Assembly (NCBI GenBank): GCA_030704615.1
Contig: CM060732.1
Location: forward strand, 14,694,001-14,758,000
Direction: 5' to 3'
From: Takakia lepidozioides
Lineage: Eukaryota > Plantae > Bryophyta
Length of the DNA stretch: 64,000 nucleotides
A program made the position numbers and the translations under genes. This document shows, one piece after another, positions 32,200 through 44,966 of this stretch. Positions within the stretch are counted from its first letter, which is position 1, and every line of letters begins with the position of its first letter. Under the pieces are notes generated by a model, which was given only the letters and a program-made list of their open reading frames with translations, was not told the origin of the DNA and searched no databases.

Positions 32200-33480
32200 C
32201 AGGGTGGCGCCAAAGATATACATGAGGATTCAGTTGTGTTGGACTACCTCTGCACTGGAGACAATGCAGCCACTGTGACTGCCAAGGAGAGGGATCGGAT
32301 CCTACAACGAGCCAAGAGGTTCAAGTGGGAGGGGACACACCTGCTCCGAGTGTGGGAGGATGGTCGAGTGAGGATTGTGCCTCACCCAACACAGCGGGCA
32401 CGGTTAGTGCGGCATGCCCACGAGGAGTTGGGGCATTTTGGAGTGCGACGCACTCATAGCCTACTGCAGGGGCAGTATTGGTAGCGTGGTATGCACATAG
32501 AGGTGCAACAATTTGTGGCTAGGTGCATGGTGTGTGACAGGGTGCGTGCTTCATTCAACGCCCCTACTCCACAATTGCACCCTCTTCCGATCATGGGATT
32601 GGGCTACAGGTGGAGTCTTGACTTCGCAGGGCCGTTGCCACTGACCATGCGCCACAACAAGTACGTGTTGGTGATGGTGAAGCACTTCTCCAAGTGGATT
32701 GAGTTGGTTCCATTGCCTGATAAGGCTAGTGAGGGAGCTGCGTATGCATTCTTGGATTGTGTGCTTAGCCGATTCGGTGCTCCAGCTGAGGTACTCACGG
32801 ACCAAGGGAGAGAGTTCTTGGGGGAGTTTCAGGCTTTGTGTGACAAAGCCTTGATAGACCACCGCACCACTTCTCGGGATCATCCTGAGGCCGATGGCTT
32901 GGCAGAGAGAGTTGTTCAGACAGTAAAGAGGGGTTTGCGCAAGTATGGCTTGCAGAAGGGACACCTAGGAGATTGGGACCTTCAGTTACCCTGGTTAGCC
33001 ATGGGCTACAGGTTCAGCAAGCAAGCATCACTTGCCTCCTTCTCACCATACTTTCTTCTCTTTGGCCGAGAGCTGGATTTGCCTACATCCATTCGCAGGG
33101 AAGTTGCTACAGTTTTTGACCTTGACGATCCGGACGTGTAGGCACGTGCATGTGAGCAGCATGCAGAGTTGTTCAAGGAAGTCATGCCCATGGCTTTCGA
33201 GAACCTTGTCATTGCACAACACCGTGATACGTTGAGGTATGCTACCATACGTGGTGGGGGCTATCGTCCTGGGGTTCAGAGATTCAACCCTGGTGACTAT
33301 GTCTATCTGTAGCAGACTGCTCCTACGACCTTGGATGTGACTGCAAGACGTGTTATTTTGAGGGTTCGAGAGGTCTTGCCCTCAGGCGTCTTGGTCTTGG
33401 AGGGTTGGGATGGCATAACTTGGAAGGACCATGTGCATAATTGTGCGCCATGTCACCTTCCGAATGTCGATGGCAAGATT
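32200..33480 (+). pseudogene. DDE integrase with HHCC zinc finger
   Basis: HEELGHFG...CMVC, SLDFAGP, LTDQGREF, DGLAER. Stops at 32482, 33139 and 33310. Confidence 0.95.
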
Positions 33481-33509
33481 GACCCAAACCTGACAGTGGT
33501 ATCTGCAAG

Positions 33510-33660
33510 TTTGAGGTGCATGTTGTGTGGGTCTGCTAAAGGGGCAGCCACCATGCTGGTGTGTGATCGATGCTCTAGAGGTTGGCATATGGGATGCTTG
33601 ACTCCACCTCTTGAGATGGTTCCGGATGGGGATTGATTATGTCCACAATGCATTGGATAG
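33510..33660 (+). pseudogene. PHD finger at integrase C-terminus
   Basis: CMLC...MLVCDRCSRGWHMGCLTPPLEMVPDGD*LCPQC fits C4HC3; the conserved Trp codon reads TGA at 33634. Confidence 0.9.
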
Positions 33661-33905
33661 TGGGAGTAGATACAATCATGGGAGACTTACAAGAAATGCA
33701 AGGCCAAGCTACTAGGAGACCTTGAACACACGAGATCATGGCTCAAGTTCACAGATTGCAAGACGGCGACTAACGATGGGGCTACTCTTGTACCCGGCCT
33801 CTTGGTCAATAGAGTTTGAGTACAATAGGGACAGTGATAGAGGACTTAGTACGGCTGTGGCTATTACATCTTGTAACTATCTGGAGTTAGAGGGACCTAT
33901 CCACC

Positions 33906-33920
33906 AGCTAGGGGGGCGAT
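33906..33920 (+). promoter_or_regulatory. Polypurine tract
   Basis: agctaggggggcgat lies immediately before the TG start of repeat B1. Confidence 0.7.
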
Positions 33921-34445
33921 TGTGGCAGACTACTTTATTGTGCATATATGTGTGGTGTGGTTTGGACAGCGATGTAGTTGTGTAGCGATACGTATGCGCA
34001 CGACAGCTGTCAAGTTAAATAAGCACAGTGTGAAACTAACTAGAATAAAGCTAGTTATTTGTATTTAACACTTGGATTTAGGTCAAGTGTTAAATTAGGT
34101 GTCAAGTTTAGTTTGACACCTGAACCGTCTTATCTTCACGAGAGCGTCAGTCGCGTAGCTCATCTTTCTCGAGTTGAGCCTGCGTGACCGAGCTCCTTCA
34201 CGCTTTAGAATCTGAGTGTGCGTATGTAGGGGTATAGGTTGATGTGGGGTGGAGTCCCCATAGCTTGGGGTGCCCCTGGCTCGACTATTATCTTAAAGAG
34301 TGATAACGATGGATTTCATGTTTCTTGTGTCAAGAGTTTGTTCTTTAGCTTTCTTATCATTGTGGCAGACTACTTTATTGTGCATATATGTATGGTGCGG
34401 TTTGGACAGCGATGTAGTTGTGTAGCGATACGTATGCGCACGACA
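33921..34445 (+). repeat. 3' terminal block B1-gc-A2-t-B2
   Basis: B1 33921-34005, A2 34008-34359, B2 34361-34445. The B/A junction is the palindrome gacagctgtc. Confidence 0.93.
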
Positions 34446-34835
34446 CTTACCTCGGCTTGTGAGGGCATGCATACATTTTACAGTTCATTGTATGAATAAA
34501 AAATTTCCTTGAACTAAAGTTCCACTTTTTGTGCAATGTTGAATGTTGTTGAATCTTGACTTTTGCCTGGGAGGGTCCAGCACTCAATCTTGTAGCCAGA
34601 CCCTGTGGAACCTAGTTATCATTCCTGACGTGACGTGGCGTTGACACGTCGGCCGTCACGTCCGACGTGCATCACGTCACGTCGAATCCAGACGTTTATC
34701 CATGTAATTTTTTTTACATTTGACTTTTATGATTTACTGCTACCCTTTGTAATGACATGGCAGCCACGGTATAAAACAGACGTGGCCAATTATTAATATT
34801 TATAATTTCTTTTAAAAAAATGTGTCTGCCTATAT

Positions 34836-35030
34836 TGGCGGTCGCATATAATTTATTATTTTAAAAATAAAAGCGACCGCCCATATTGGCGGTCGCTTAT
34901 AATTTAATATTTTGTTAAATTAAGCGACCGCCAGTATTGGCGGTCGCCCGTAATTATTATTTATAAATGAAGCGACCGCCCATATTGGCGGTCGTTTGTA
35001 TTTTATTACATTTTAAAATAAGCGACCGCC
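34836..35030. repeat. Array of GCGACCGCC-N(3-7)-GGCGGTCGC mini-hairpins with AT-rich spacers (array 1)
   Basis: Directly visible palindromic units. Confidence 0.9.
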
Positions 35031-35448
35031 AGCGTAGCTACGGCGTGAGCCCAGCCCCGTGAGCCTGGGAGCTGAGCTCACGTTCAAGCTTTGAAGCGTG
35101 AGCTGAGCTCACGCTTCAGGGAAGCGTGAGCGGCATGAATCTGCTGGAGAAGCAGGTCCTATAGGCGAGGATTGCAGGAAGAGGGCCTATTACCGTGGAC
35201 AAAACAAAGGAGGCCACCATGCACCATGTCTGCAATGCGTGCCAAAAAAGAGGAATATGTAAACATGTCAGATTTGAGCTCAGAATGATTGACACAGTTT
35301 ATTTCAATTCACAGAGAGACGCTTACAATGAATCGCAAGTGCATTTGCCCTCACAAGTGAACGAAATGTATATGTTTGTCATAAAATGAAAAGTCTTCAC
35401 ACGGCAACCTGGAAACCAGCATGGGAAGCGGGCATGGCTCGTATGTGT

Positions 35449-38400
35449 TCAAAGAGAAGTTGGCGGAGCTCTACGCGAGGTGTCCCGCTGCAGAAGGGTG
35501 ATGACTTCTCCGTAGCCTAGTGTGGCTTGGTGAATGAATTGGTCTCTCTTACCGTCGCAACACATAATTACAAGGTATATGTAATATTGATGCTTGCAGG
35601 GGACCCACTTCCCTCTCATGCCGAGAGCGCCCTCACGCATCGTTACAAAATCCGGACAAGTGCACGATGGGAAATTCCCAATGGTAACTTGATATTCTTT
35701 GGCATGAAGAACTGAGCCAATTGACAGCACTGTGTAAATCCGTCCATACCCCGGGGAAGGGACTTCGGTGATACGAGCCACCGTAGCCTGCAAAATTCTA
35801 GCCGATTCCATCTTGCATTCGTGATCTGCACCCGAAGCAACACGGCGCACTGTTTTTCCATCTCTTTTTGTTGGGTGGGAGTTGGCACCGGGTGGAGGCA
35901 TTGTCGGAGCATGTGGCACATCTGTGCCGACAGTGCATAAGGGCACCACCCGGGACCGTGCAAGACAAAACCCTCCCTCCTCCAGCATGCTTATCTCGGT
36001 TGAGGACAGCGATGTCCCAATTTGCACAGGCCAAATTGCGGGGGGAGGGGGCTTCATTATCACGGAAGGACGAACTGTTCCCTTCACGCATCGTGCCATA
36101 TCGTCTGGGCAGAACCAAAACTTGTGCTCTTTTGACTCCCCACTATGATAAGGTCGGAACAACCCTGTGAATGTTGGAGCTGGAGTCCCCCTGGAGCCTT
36201 TGCATATTTTTGATTTGCATTTCTTGAAAGAGGGGGTCCGAATTGCCATGCAAGCCACTCTAGATCCTGGTGGGGTGCGTTCTATATGCCAGTCACTATC
36301 AATGCAATCAGATTCCTGCACCATGGCCACCACCTCCTCCAATGGGATTTCCGCTGCTATGCTTGCATGTTCCGCACCTGCTCCACAGGAGGAGGACCCA
36401 CCTGGGAAGGGGCCGGCACAGGACTTAGTCTGCACTGGAGACACCTTTGGCACAGAGAAATTGACCCTGTCTGGCCTATGGGAATCTCCATCTGACCCTG
36501 GAAGAGTGTTTAATTTCCTTTTGCATGATCCAAATCTTTCCTCGCCTTCCAAATGGGGGAGCCTGGATTGCAGAGGGGAACCTTCAGTGCACCTGTTTAG
36601 AGCTCTGGCCATCTTTGACGGGTCTCCGGACCTACTCGCAGCCCTTAGCATCAACAAAGTCGAATCGGGGCCCTTCCCTCCACCCCGTCCCATCAGAAAA
36701 TTGCGGTACCTGGTTTGTTGTGTAAGTGCCCGCACCATGTCATCAGCAGTGGCCACATACAAGTCACGACCTGCTTTGGTAGACTGTTGCATCCAGGCGT
36801 TGTGAACAGTCTCTGCCAAATTACACGATGGCATGTCGGCCAAGTCCTCCAAGGACATGTCCTGCAGGAGGCATTGCATGGAAATGTGAGGAAGGAAAAG
36901 AAATGGTAGAGGTTATTCAAGTGACAATCGAACAACCCCAAATGAACAGGCACGATGCAAAGTGCAATTTGTGTTTAAGGAAAACTTGTGAGGCTTACCG
37001 TCGTCATGAAAGCTCCCCACTGTCTGTACCTGAAGTGCCAGAAAACCAACCAGTCCTCCAACTCCTTCAGGTGGATACCTGTAGCAGCACCAGCGGAGAA
37101 CCACCAAGCCCGGATTGCCTGGTAAGTGCTCTCTGCTTCTCCCATTGAGGTGGCATTCTTGTACTTCAGACAGAGCCTTCTATGCTCCAACTGAAGGTCA
37201 GGGCGAATGCAGCGCTTTGTATGACGTGCCAGAGATTGACTCCAATGGAAGAGGCATGTGCGCTCCCTATTTTCCATGGGGACCTTAGGATCCCCAGAAC
37301 CAAACACGCGCCGCACTGCATTGAAATTTGCCTGTGCACTATCAGCCATGAAGCCCGCAAAGTTTGTGTTCTGTATTCCATTGCGCTGCATGACGGTCAG
37401 GAGGGACTTCCACATGAGCATCTGGGATTCAGTGTCCTCCGACTGCATATCACAAATTGCTATGGAGAGCACACGCTGGTACGCTGGATCATACACATGG
37501 CACGCCATGGTTGTCCAACCCTTCACCCGTTTGCAGTGATCAAACATTAACCAACATTTAGCCAAATCTCCTCCAGGTTGCATTCGGCGGACAATGCTCA
37601 CACCACTGCCTTGGCCCACAGCGGACATCTTGAACAAATACACTTTGGACGAGCCCTGGCCAGGGAACATACTGTTTTGAATGAATTCATAGCGACTCCT
37701 CCGTTTGAGGTCCATAATGTTGTCCATGAATCCAGCAGTGCCTGTGCCCATTCTGAGTGCATTCACCTGGTTTCGAATATTGGGAGAGCTCAACACGGAG
37801 AAATGGTCCATGACTGCCTCAAGGGAATCTGCATCCAGCATTGGCTGTGTCGAATCCCCTTCACCCAGTATGTGTTTTTCCAGGAATGCCTTGCTAGCTG
37901 CAAGCGCTATAGCAGAAGGTGTTGCAGAAGGGGCATTATGGAACTCTTGCTTCAGTAGATTTCTAGCGATGTCCACGCTATCCCTGCAACTCCCTTTGGA
38001 CACAGGATGCTCGTGTGCACCCATATGAATGCAGGCACGAGTCATTGTCTTGCATCGATGTGCCACCTGATACATACGAGCGTGGCAAACAGAAACACAG
38101 GACGGGGAAAGTTTGCAGAACCTGCACACAAAAGTATTGGTATTGGGAGGTGCAAGCCCTGGGGTGAAAGGATTCAGGGGCACACCTTCCCACTCACTTT
38201 CGTTTGGCTGAGCGCTGTTTCTCAGCCGAGGGCAAGAAATATTCAGGCACTTGCAATGCCCAACGCAAACCGACCTCCGAAATTTCAAGCCAATGTCGTT
38301 ATGGATGTTCGAAGTTTTTGTCCTGCACCAAGGATGTCCGTCATGTTTCTTGTCCATGCCCTGCAGAAGCCCAGCCAGTCCACTGGAAGACGTGGGAGGG

Positions 38401-39020
38401 TTGAGCTCAAACAAGATGTCCCCATCAAACTGAGCTGGCACGTATTGAACACGTTGCACTGGAAGGGACTCCCAATCAACAAAACGTAGCTCGCTCTTGC
38501 ACCCAGGCACACCTGCGAGGGCTTTCAATTTTGGAATGACACTTGTTATCTCGCGCAATTCGTCATCATCCAATAAGGGAGTTTGCACTGGCGGAGGAAT
38601 CTCAGAAACATCCTCCGAGGACGAGTCCGAAAGAGTAACGAAGGTAGTGGATGTGCTCACCTCTTGTTTCACAGGAACTGTGCCCTTCTGTTGCACGACC
38701 GATGCTGCAGTGCCAGGGGTAACGACTGATCCTGCTGATTGTCTTCTCTCTTTTCCAAGGACACGGTATGTTCCTGGAAGGACTCTCCACTTCCTTCCAC
38801 ACTCGCCAACCAAGGGTTTCTCCAAGTGCCCAGAATCCAAATTCCCATCCTCGTCATACACCTCTTTCTGAACAAGCAGAGAACCCAACTCCAGCGGGAA
38901 CACTGTAACCAGCTCATCCTCATGAACAACTGCATACCCATCGTCGTCTGCAGTGGCAGTCAGTGGAAGAGTACCTGCATTGGAATGGAATCGAGCGAGT
39001 GCATCTCGCTCCCTCGACAT
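35449..39020 (-). CDS. MULE-type DDE transposase with GCM-like zinc domain and SWIM finger (2 exons: 39020-36999, 36861-35449)
   Basis: CVGHCKC...CRFC...C...HMGAHEHP (GCM-like), MFDHCK (D), FMADSAQA (D), CLFHW (CxxH), CNLAETVH (E), CTCPDF...CKH (SWIM). In-frame GT-AG intron at 36998-36862. The ORF is open to 39443, so the start is uncertain. Confidence 0.85.
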
Positions 39021-39962
39021 GTTTTCCAGCACTGAACGAAACTGCCGATGCAGAACGGAATCCCCGAACTGAGAGCCCGTAATTATCGAAAGTGGAAATA
39101 CCACCAGCAAACTGAGGTCAACAAGGGTAGCACCAAACCCAAGGCTGCCGGCGATGCATGCCAAGGATGTAGGGATGACGTGCACATTCACCTCCCACCA
39201 ACCAGAAAAACGGTTTTGAAAGACCAGAGCCACAAGAAGCCGTACTGTTTTTGGATGGAAAACAAACCCTGAAATTGACATGAAACCATCCATTATGAAA
39301 TGACGGCAACAACCCTGGAGAGCAGTAAACAGGAAGATCCGATTGTAATGAGATTGTGTTGCGCCAGAATAGCACAGAACAAACACCGACACTTCAAGAG
39401 ATACCTCGCACGAATGTGTGCAACACATGGTCATATCCGACACAATCCTTTATACCGAATGACCCCATGGGGACGGTCACGGCATAAAAAAAACCACAGG
39501 GCATGCAGCACAACACACGTGGATGCATATGTGAAGCATAACAATTATTGCGAATCTGGAAGAACTGCTCGGAATTGAAAAAGCACTACATTTCTACGGC
39601 GCATTCGAATTTGAAAGAAGGCAAGGAGGCCGCCATGTATTGGCAGGCGGCGAAGCACATCTGACATATATCGCAAATGCATGCAACGGATATTCTTTTT
39701 CTTCGGCGCTTTATTAGCTGGGTAATACAAAGACGACAAAATGGATGAATTCCGTTCGCACACAATATCAACACCCGCATCCAAATACGGTTGACAACGT
39801 CCATTTTTATTTTTGTTACATGCGATACCAGAACTTGTTGCAAACGTCAAACTGGAGAGCTCCAGGGGCATCGTGGGGAGCCCTTGTTTCCAGCGGAGGA
39901 GAAAGAGAAGGAAGTCATTATACTTCACGAGTTCTAGAAACAGGAATAGAGCTAGATATAGA

Positions 39963-40334
39963 ATGAGGATGGAAAGAGTGGAGGAAGAGGAAAAGGAGGA
40001 AGAAGAGGGAATACAGGAAAGTGTGGCGATGGAGGAGCAGGAATCTGGAGAAGAACAACAACCCACCATAGTTCCAGGAACAGGCGAGGAGGACACTGCG
40101 TCTGAGGGAGAGACAGACGACATGGAGGAAGATGTTGACACTGGCCTCACGAACGATCTGACCACGGGAAAGAGGAAGGGGGAGAGGCTCACCTACATAG
40201 TCGGCGAAGAGAGCAGCCCCAAGCGGAAAGCGTCCCCGGCAACTGGGGAGTCTTCTCGAGTAGCTACGAAAAAGGTAAAATCCACACGACCCATATTTGT
40301 GAAGAATTCGGCTTTGAATGGCAGGTATTTGTGA
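39963..40334 (+). CDS. Acidic, NLS-bearing low-complexity ORF, possibly a 5' exon of the ParB-MTase gene
   Basis: Glu-rich run, KRK motifs and a candidate donor cag|gtattt at 40324. It cannot be spliced in frame directly to 44961. Confidence 0.4.
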   Translation: MRMERVEEEEKEEEEGIQESVAMEEQESGEEQQPTIVPGTGEEDTASEGETDDMEEDVDTGLTNDLTTGKRKGERLTYIVGEESSPKRKASPATGESSRVATKKVKSTRPIFVKNSALNGRYL

Positions 40335-40379
40335 AAGAAAGAACCATTGGTCTTGCAAAATTTGGTCTTGATGTCTGTT

Positions 40380-43300
40380 ATGTGAGGGTGAAACGAACCC
40401 TTCACTGCCAGCCCAGACAGTGTGCGGCAACGCACACTGTTTGAGCTGAGCATTTCAATGTTTCTGGGTGCAAAATTTGGACTTCAGGGGCACCTGTGTG
40501 AGTGTGAAAAGAACCCTTCACTGCCAGCCCAGACAGTGTGCGGCAACGCACACTGTTTGAGCTGAGCATTTCAATGTTTATGGGTGCAAAATTTGGACTT
40601 CAGGGGCACCTGTGTGAGTGTGAAATGAACCCTTCACTGCCAGCTCAGACAGTGTGCGGCAACGCACACTGTTTGAGCTGGGCATTTCGGTGTTTCTGGG
40701 TGCAAAATTTGGTCTTTGCTGTCTGTTATCTGAGGTTGAAATGAACCCTTCAAAACCAGCTCAAACAGCGTGCGGCAACGCACAATGTTTGAGCAGACCT
40801 TTTCAATGTTTTAGGGTTCAAAATTTGGTCTTGATGTCTGTTATGTTAGTGTGAAATGAACCCTTCACTGCCAGCTCAGACAGTGTGCGGCAACGCACAC
40901 TGTTTGAGCTGAGCATTTCAATGTTTCTGGATGCAAAATTTGGACTTCAGGGGCACCTGTGTGAGTGTGAAAAGAACCCTTCACTGCCAGCTCATACAGT
41001 GTGCGGCAACGCACACTGTTTGAGCTGAGCATTTCAATGTTTCTGGGTGAAATATTTGGACTTCAGGGGCACCTGTGTGAGTGTGAAAAGAACCCTTCAC
41101 TGCCAGCTCAGACAGTGTGCGGCAACGCACACTGTTTGAGCTGAGCATTTCAATGTTTCTGGGTGAAATATTTGGACTTCAGGGGCACCTGTGTGAGTGT
41201 GAAAAGAACCCTTCACTGCCAGCTCAGACAGTGTGCGGCAACGCACACTGTTTGAGCTGAGCATTTCAATGTTTCTGGGTGAAATATTTGGACTTCAGGG
41301 GCACCTGTGTGAGTGTGAAAAGAACCCTTCACTGCCAGCCAGACAGTGTGCGGCAACGCACACTGTTTGAGCTGAGCATTTCAATGTTTCTGGGTGCAAA
41401 ATTTGGACTTCACGGGCACCCGTGTGAGTGTGAAATGAACCCTTCACTGCCAGCTCAGACAGTGTGCGGCAACGCACACTGTTTGAGCTGAGCATTTCAA
41501 TGTTTCTGGATGCAAAATTTGGACTTCAGGGGCACCTGTGTGAGTGTGAAAAGAACCCTTCACTGCCAGCTCATACAGTGTGCGGCAACGCACACTGTTT
41601 GAGCTGAGCATTTCAATGTTTCTGGGTGAAATATTTGGACTTCAGGGGCACCTGTGTGAGTGTGAAATGAACCCTTCACTGCCAGCTCAGACAGTGTGCG
41701 GCAACGCACACTGTTTGAGCTGAGCATTTCAATGTTTCTGGGTGAAATATTTGGACTTCAGGGGCACCTGTGTGAGTGTGAAATGAACCCTTCACTGCCA
41801 GCTCAGACAGTGTGCGGCAACGCACACTGTTTGAGCTGAGCATTTCAATGTTTCTGGGTGAAATATTTGGACTTCAGGGGCACCTGTGTGAGTGTGAAAA
41901 GAACCCTTCACTGCCAGCCAGACAGTGTGCGGCAACGCACACTGTTTGAGCTGAGCATTTCAATGTTTCTGGATGCAAAATTTGGACTTCAGGGGCACCT
42001 GTGTGAGTGTGAAATGAACCCTTCACTGCCAGCTCAGACAGTGTGCGGCAACGCACACTGTTTGAGCTGAGCATTTCAATGTTTCTGGATGCAATATTTG
42101 GACTTCAGGGGCACCTGTGTGAGTGTGAAAAGAACCCTTCACTGCCAGCCCAGACAGTGTGCGGCAACGCACACTGTTTGAGCTGAGCATTTCAATGTTT
42201 CTGGGTGCAATATTTGGACTTCAGGGGCACCTGTGTGAGTGTGAAATGAACCCTTCACTGCCAGCTCAGACAGTGTGCGGCAACGCACACTGTTTGAGCT
42301 GAGCATTTCAATGTTTCTGGGTGAAATTTGGACTTCAGGGGCACCTGTGTGAGTGTGAAATGAACCCTTCACTGCCAGCTCAGACAGTGTGCGGCAACGC
42401 ACACTGTTTGAGCTGAGCATTTCAATGTTTCTGGGTGAAATATTTGGACTTCAGGGGCACCTGTGTGAGTGTGAAAAGAACCCTTCACTGCCAGCTCAGA
42501 CAGTGTGCGGCAACGCACACTGTTTGAGCTGAGCATTTCAATGTTTCTGGGTGAAATATTTGGACTTCAGGGGCACCTGTGTGAGTGTGAAAAGAACCCT
42601 TCACTGCCAGCCAGACAGTGTGCGGCAACGCACACTGTTTGAGCTGAGCATTTCAATGTTTCTGGGTGAAATATTTGGACTTCAGGGGCACCTGTGTGAG
42701 TGTGAAATGAACCCTTCACTGCCAGCTCAGACAGTGTGCGGCAACGCACACTGTTTGAGCTGAGCATTTCAATGTTTCTGGGTGAAATATTTGGACTTCA
42801 GGGGCACCTGTGTGAGTGTGAAATGAACCCTTCACTGCCAGCTCAGACAGTGTGCGGCAACGCACACTGTTTGAGCTGAGCATTTCAATGTTTCTGGGTG
42901 AAATATTTGGACTTCAGGGGCACCTGTGTGAGTGTGAAAAGAACCCTTCACTGCCAGCTCAGACAGTGTGCGGCAACGCACACTGTTTGAGCTGAGCATT
43001 TCAATGTTTCTGGATGCAAAAATTGGACTTCAGGGGCACCTGTGTGAGTGTGAAATGAACCCTTCACTGCCAGCTCAGACAGTGTGCGGCAACGCACACT
43101 GTTTGAGCTGAGCATTTCAATGTTTCTGGGTGAAATATTTGGACTTCAGGGGCACCTGTGTGAGTGTGAAATGAACCCTTCACTGCCAGCTCAGACAGTG
43201 TGCGGCAACGCACACTGTTTGAGCTGAGCATTTCAATGTTTCTGGGTGAAATATTTGGACTTCAGGGGCACCTGTGTGAGTGTGAAATGAACCCTTCACT

Positions 43301-44720
43301 GCCAGCTCAGACAGTGTGCGGCAACGCACACTGTTTGAGCTGAGCATTTCAATGTTTCTGGATGCAAAAATTGGACTTCAGGGGCACCTGTGTGAGTGTG
43401 AAATGAACCCTTCACTGCCAGCTCAGACAGTGTGCGGCAACGCACACTGTTTGAGCTGAGCATTTCAATGTTTCTGGGTGAAATATTTGGACTTCAGGGG
43501 CACCTGTGTGAGTGTGAAATGAACCCTTCACTGCCAGCTCAGACAGTGTGCGGCAACGCACACTGTTTGAGCTGAGCATTTCAATGTTTCTGGGTGAAAT
43601 ATTTGGACTTCAGGGGCACCTGTGTGAGTGTGAAAAGAACCCTTCACTGCCAGCCCAGACAGTGTGCGGCAACGCACACTGTTTGAGCTGAGCATTTCAA
43701 TGTTTCTGGGTGCAATATTTGGACTTCAGGGGCACCTGTGTGAGTGTGAAATGAACCCTTCACTGCCAGCTCAGACAGTGTGCGGCAACGCACACTGTTT
43801 GAGCTGAGCATTTCAATGTTTCTGGGTGAAATTTGGACTTCAGGGGCACCTGTGTGAGTGTGAAATGAACCCTTCACTGCCAGCTCAGACAGTGTGCGGC
43901 AACGCACACTGTTTGAGCTGAGCATTTCAATGTTTCTGGGTGAAATATTTGGACTTCAGGGGCACCTGTGTGAGTGTGAAAAGAACCCTTCACTGCCAGC
44001 TCAGACAGTGTGCGGCAACGCACACTGTTTGAGCTGAGCATTTCAATGTTTCTGGGTGAAATATTTGGACTTCAGGGGCACCTGTGTGAGTGTGAAATGA
44101 ACCCTTCACTGCCAGCTCAGACAGTGTGCGGCAACGCACACTGTTTGAGCTGAGCATTTCAATGTTTCTGGGTGAAATATTTGGACTTCAGGGGCACCTG
44201 TGTGAGTGTGAAAAGAACCCTTCACTGCCAGCCCAGACAGTGTGCGGCAACGCACACTGTTTGAGCTGAGCATTTCAATGTTTCTGGGTGCAAAATTTGG
44301 ACTTCAGGGGCACCTGTGTGAGTGTGAAATGAACCCTTCACTGCCAGCTCAGACAGTGTGCGGCAACGCACACTGTTTGAGCTGAGCATTTCAATGTTTC
44401 TGGGTGAAAATTTGGACTTCAGGGGCACCTGTGTGAGTGTGAAATGAACCCTTCACTGCCAGCTCAGACAGTGTGCGGCAACGCACACTGTTTGAGCTGA
44501 GCATTTCAATGTTTCTGGGTGCAAAATTTGGACTTCATGGGCACCCGTGTGAGGGTGAAATGAACCCTTCACTGCCAGCCCAGACAGTGTGCGGCAACGC
44601 ACACTGTTTGAGCTGAGCATTTCAATGTTTCTGGGTGCAAAATTTGGACTTCATGGGCACATTTTTGAGTATAAAATGAACCCTTCACTGTCAGCTCAAA
44701 CAGTCTGCGGAACCGCACAC
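40380..44720. repeat. 116-bp tandem satellite (~37 copies), each unit with an 18-bp stem and GCAA tetraloop
   Basis: Period 116 (e.g. 41101 to 41217). Hairpin cagctcagacagtgtgcg-gcaa-cgcacactgtttgagctg. Confidence 0.97.
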
Positions 44721-44966
44721 TGTGTAGGCAGAACATATGAATATGGAAGGGCGCAACTTTCGGCCCTCATGGGCAGATATTTGAGCAGAACTTTTCAATG
44801 TTCTTTCCCTGTGTAAATCGGGAACATAGTGCATGTCCGTGAGGATCAATGAACACTTATCTGGCAGCTCAAAGAACACTTCCCTTTTTATCCCACTTTT
44901 TCATGCATCGGTCGACGTTTCATTCCTCTCTTATAAGAATTTGAGTGAACAACCTTGCAGGGGAAA

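Larger units (their letters stand above)
22742..34445 (+). mobile_element. Ty3/Gypsy retroelement with split direct repeats (A-internal-B-A-B), DNMT3-like domain and PHD finger
   Basis: Ends TGTC...GACA, TSD ctta (22738-22741 and 34446-34449). Repeat A at 22742-23093 and 34008-34359; repeat B at 33921-34005 and 34361-34445. PR-RT-RH-INT order is Gypsy-type. Confidence 0.92.

Noticed and set aside
22742-34445. DIRS/Ngaro tyrosine-recombinase element
   Set aside because: Despite the split repeats, it encodes a clear DDE integrase and protease and has a TSD. No tyrosine recombinase ORF was seen.
36167-38871. Several + strand ORFs of 100-212 aa
   Set aside because: Antisense shadows of the transposase CDS.
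39545-40430. Minus-strand Ser/Leu-rich ORFs
   Set aside because: Antisense to the Glu-rich low-complexity ORF.
40380-44720. CRISPR array or coding repeat; many short ORFs
   Set aside because: No unique spacers, and 116 bp is not divisible by three, so the ORFs are incidental.
40324-44961. Single intron joining the acidic ORF directly to the ParB exon
   Set aside because: The donor is phase 2 and the acceptor is phase 0 relative to the ParB frame, so an unseen exon or other sites would be needed.
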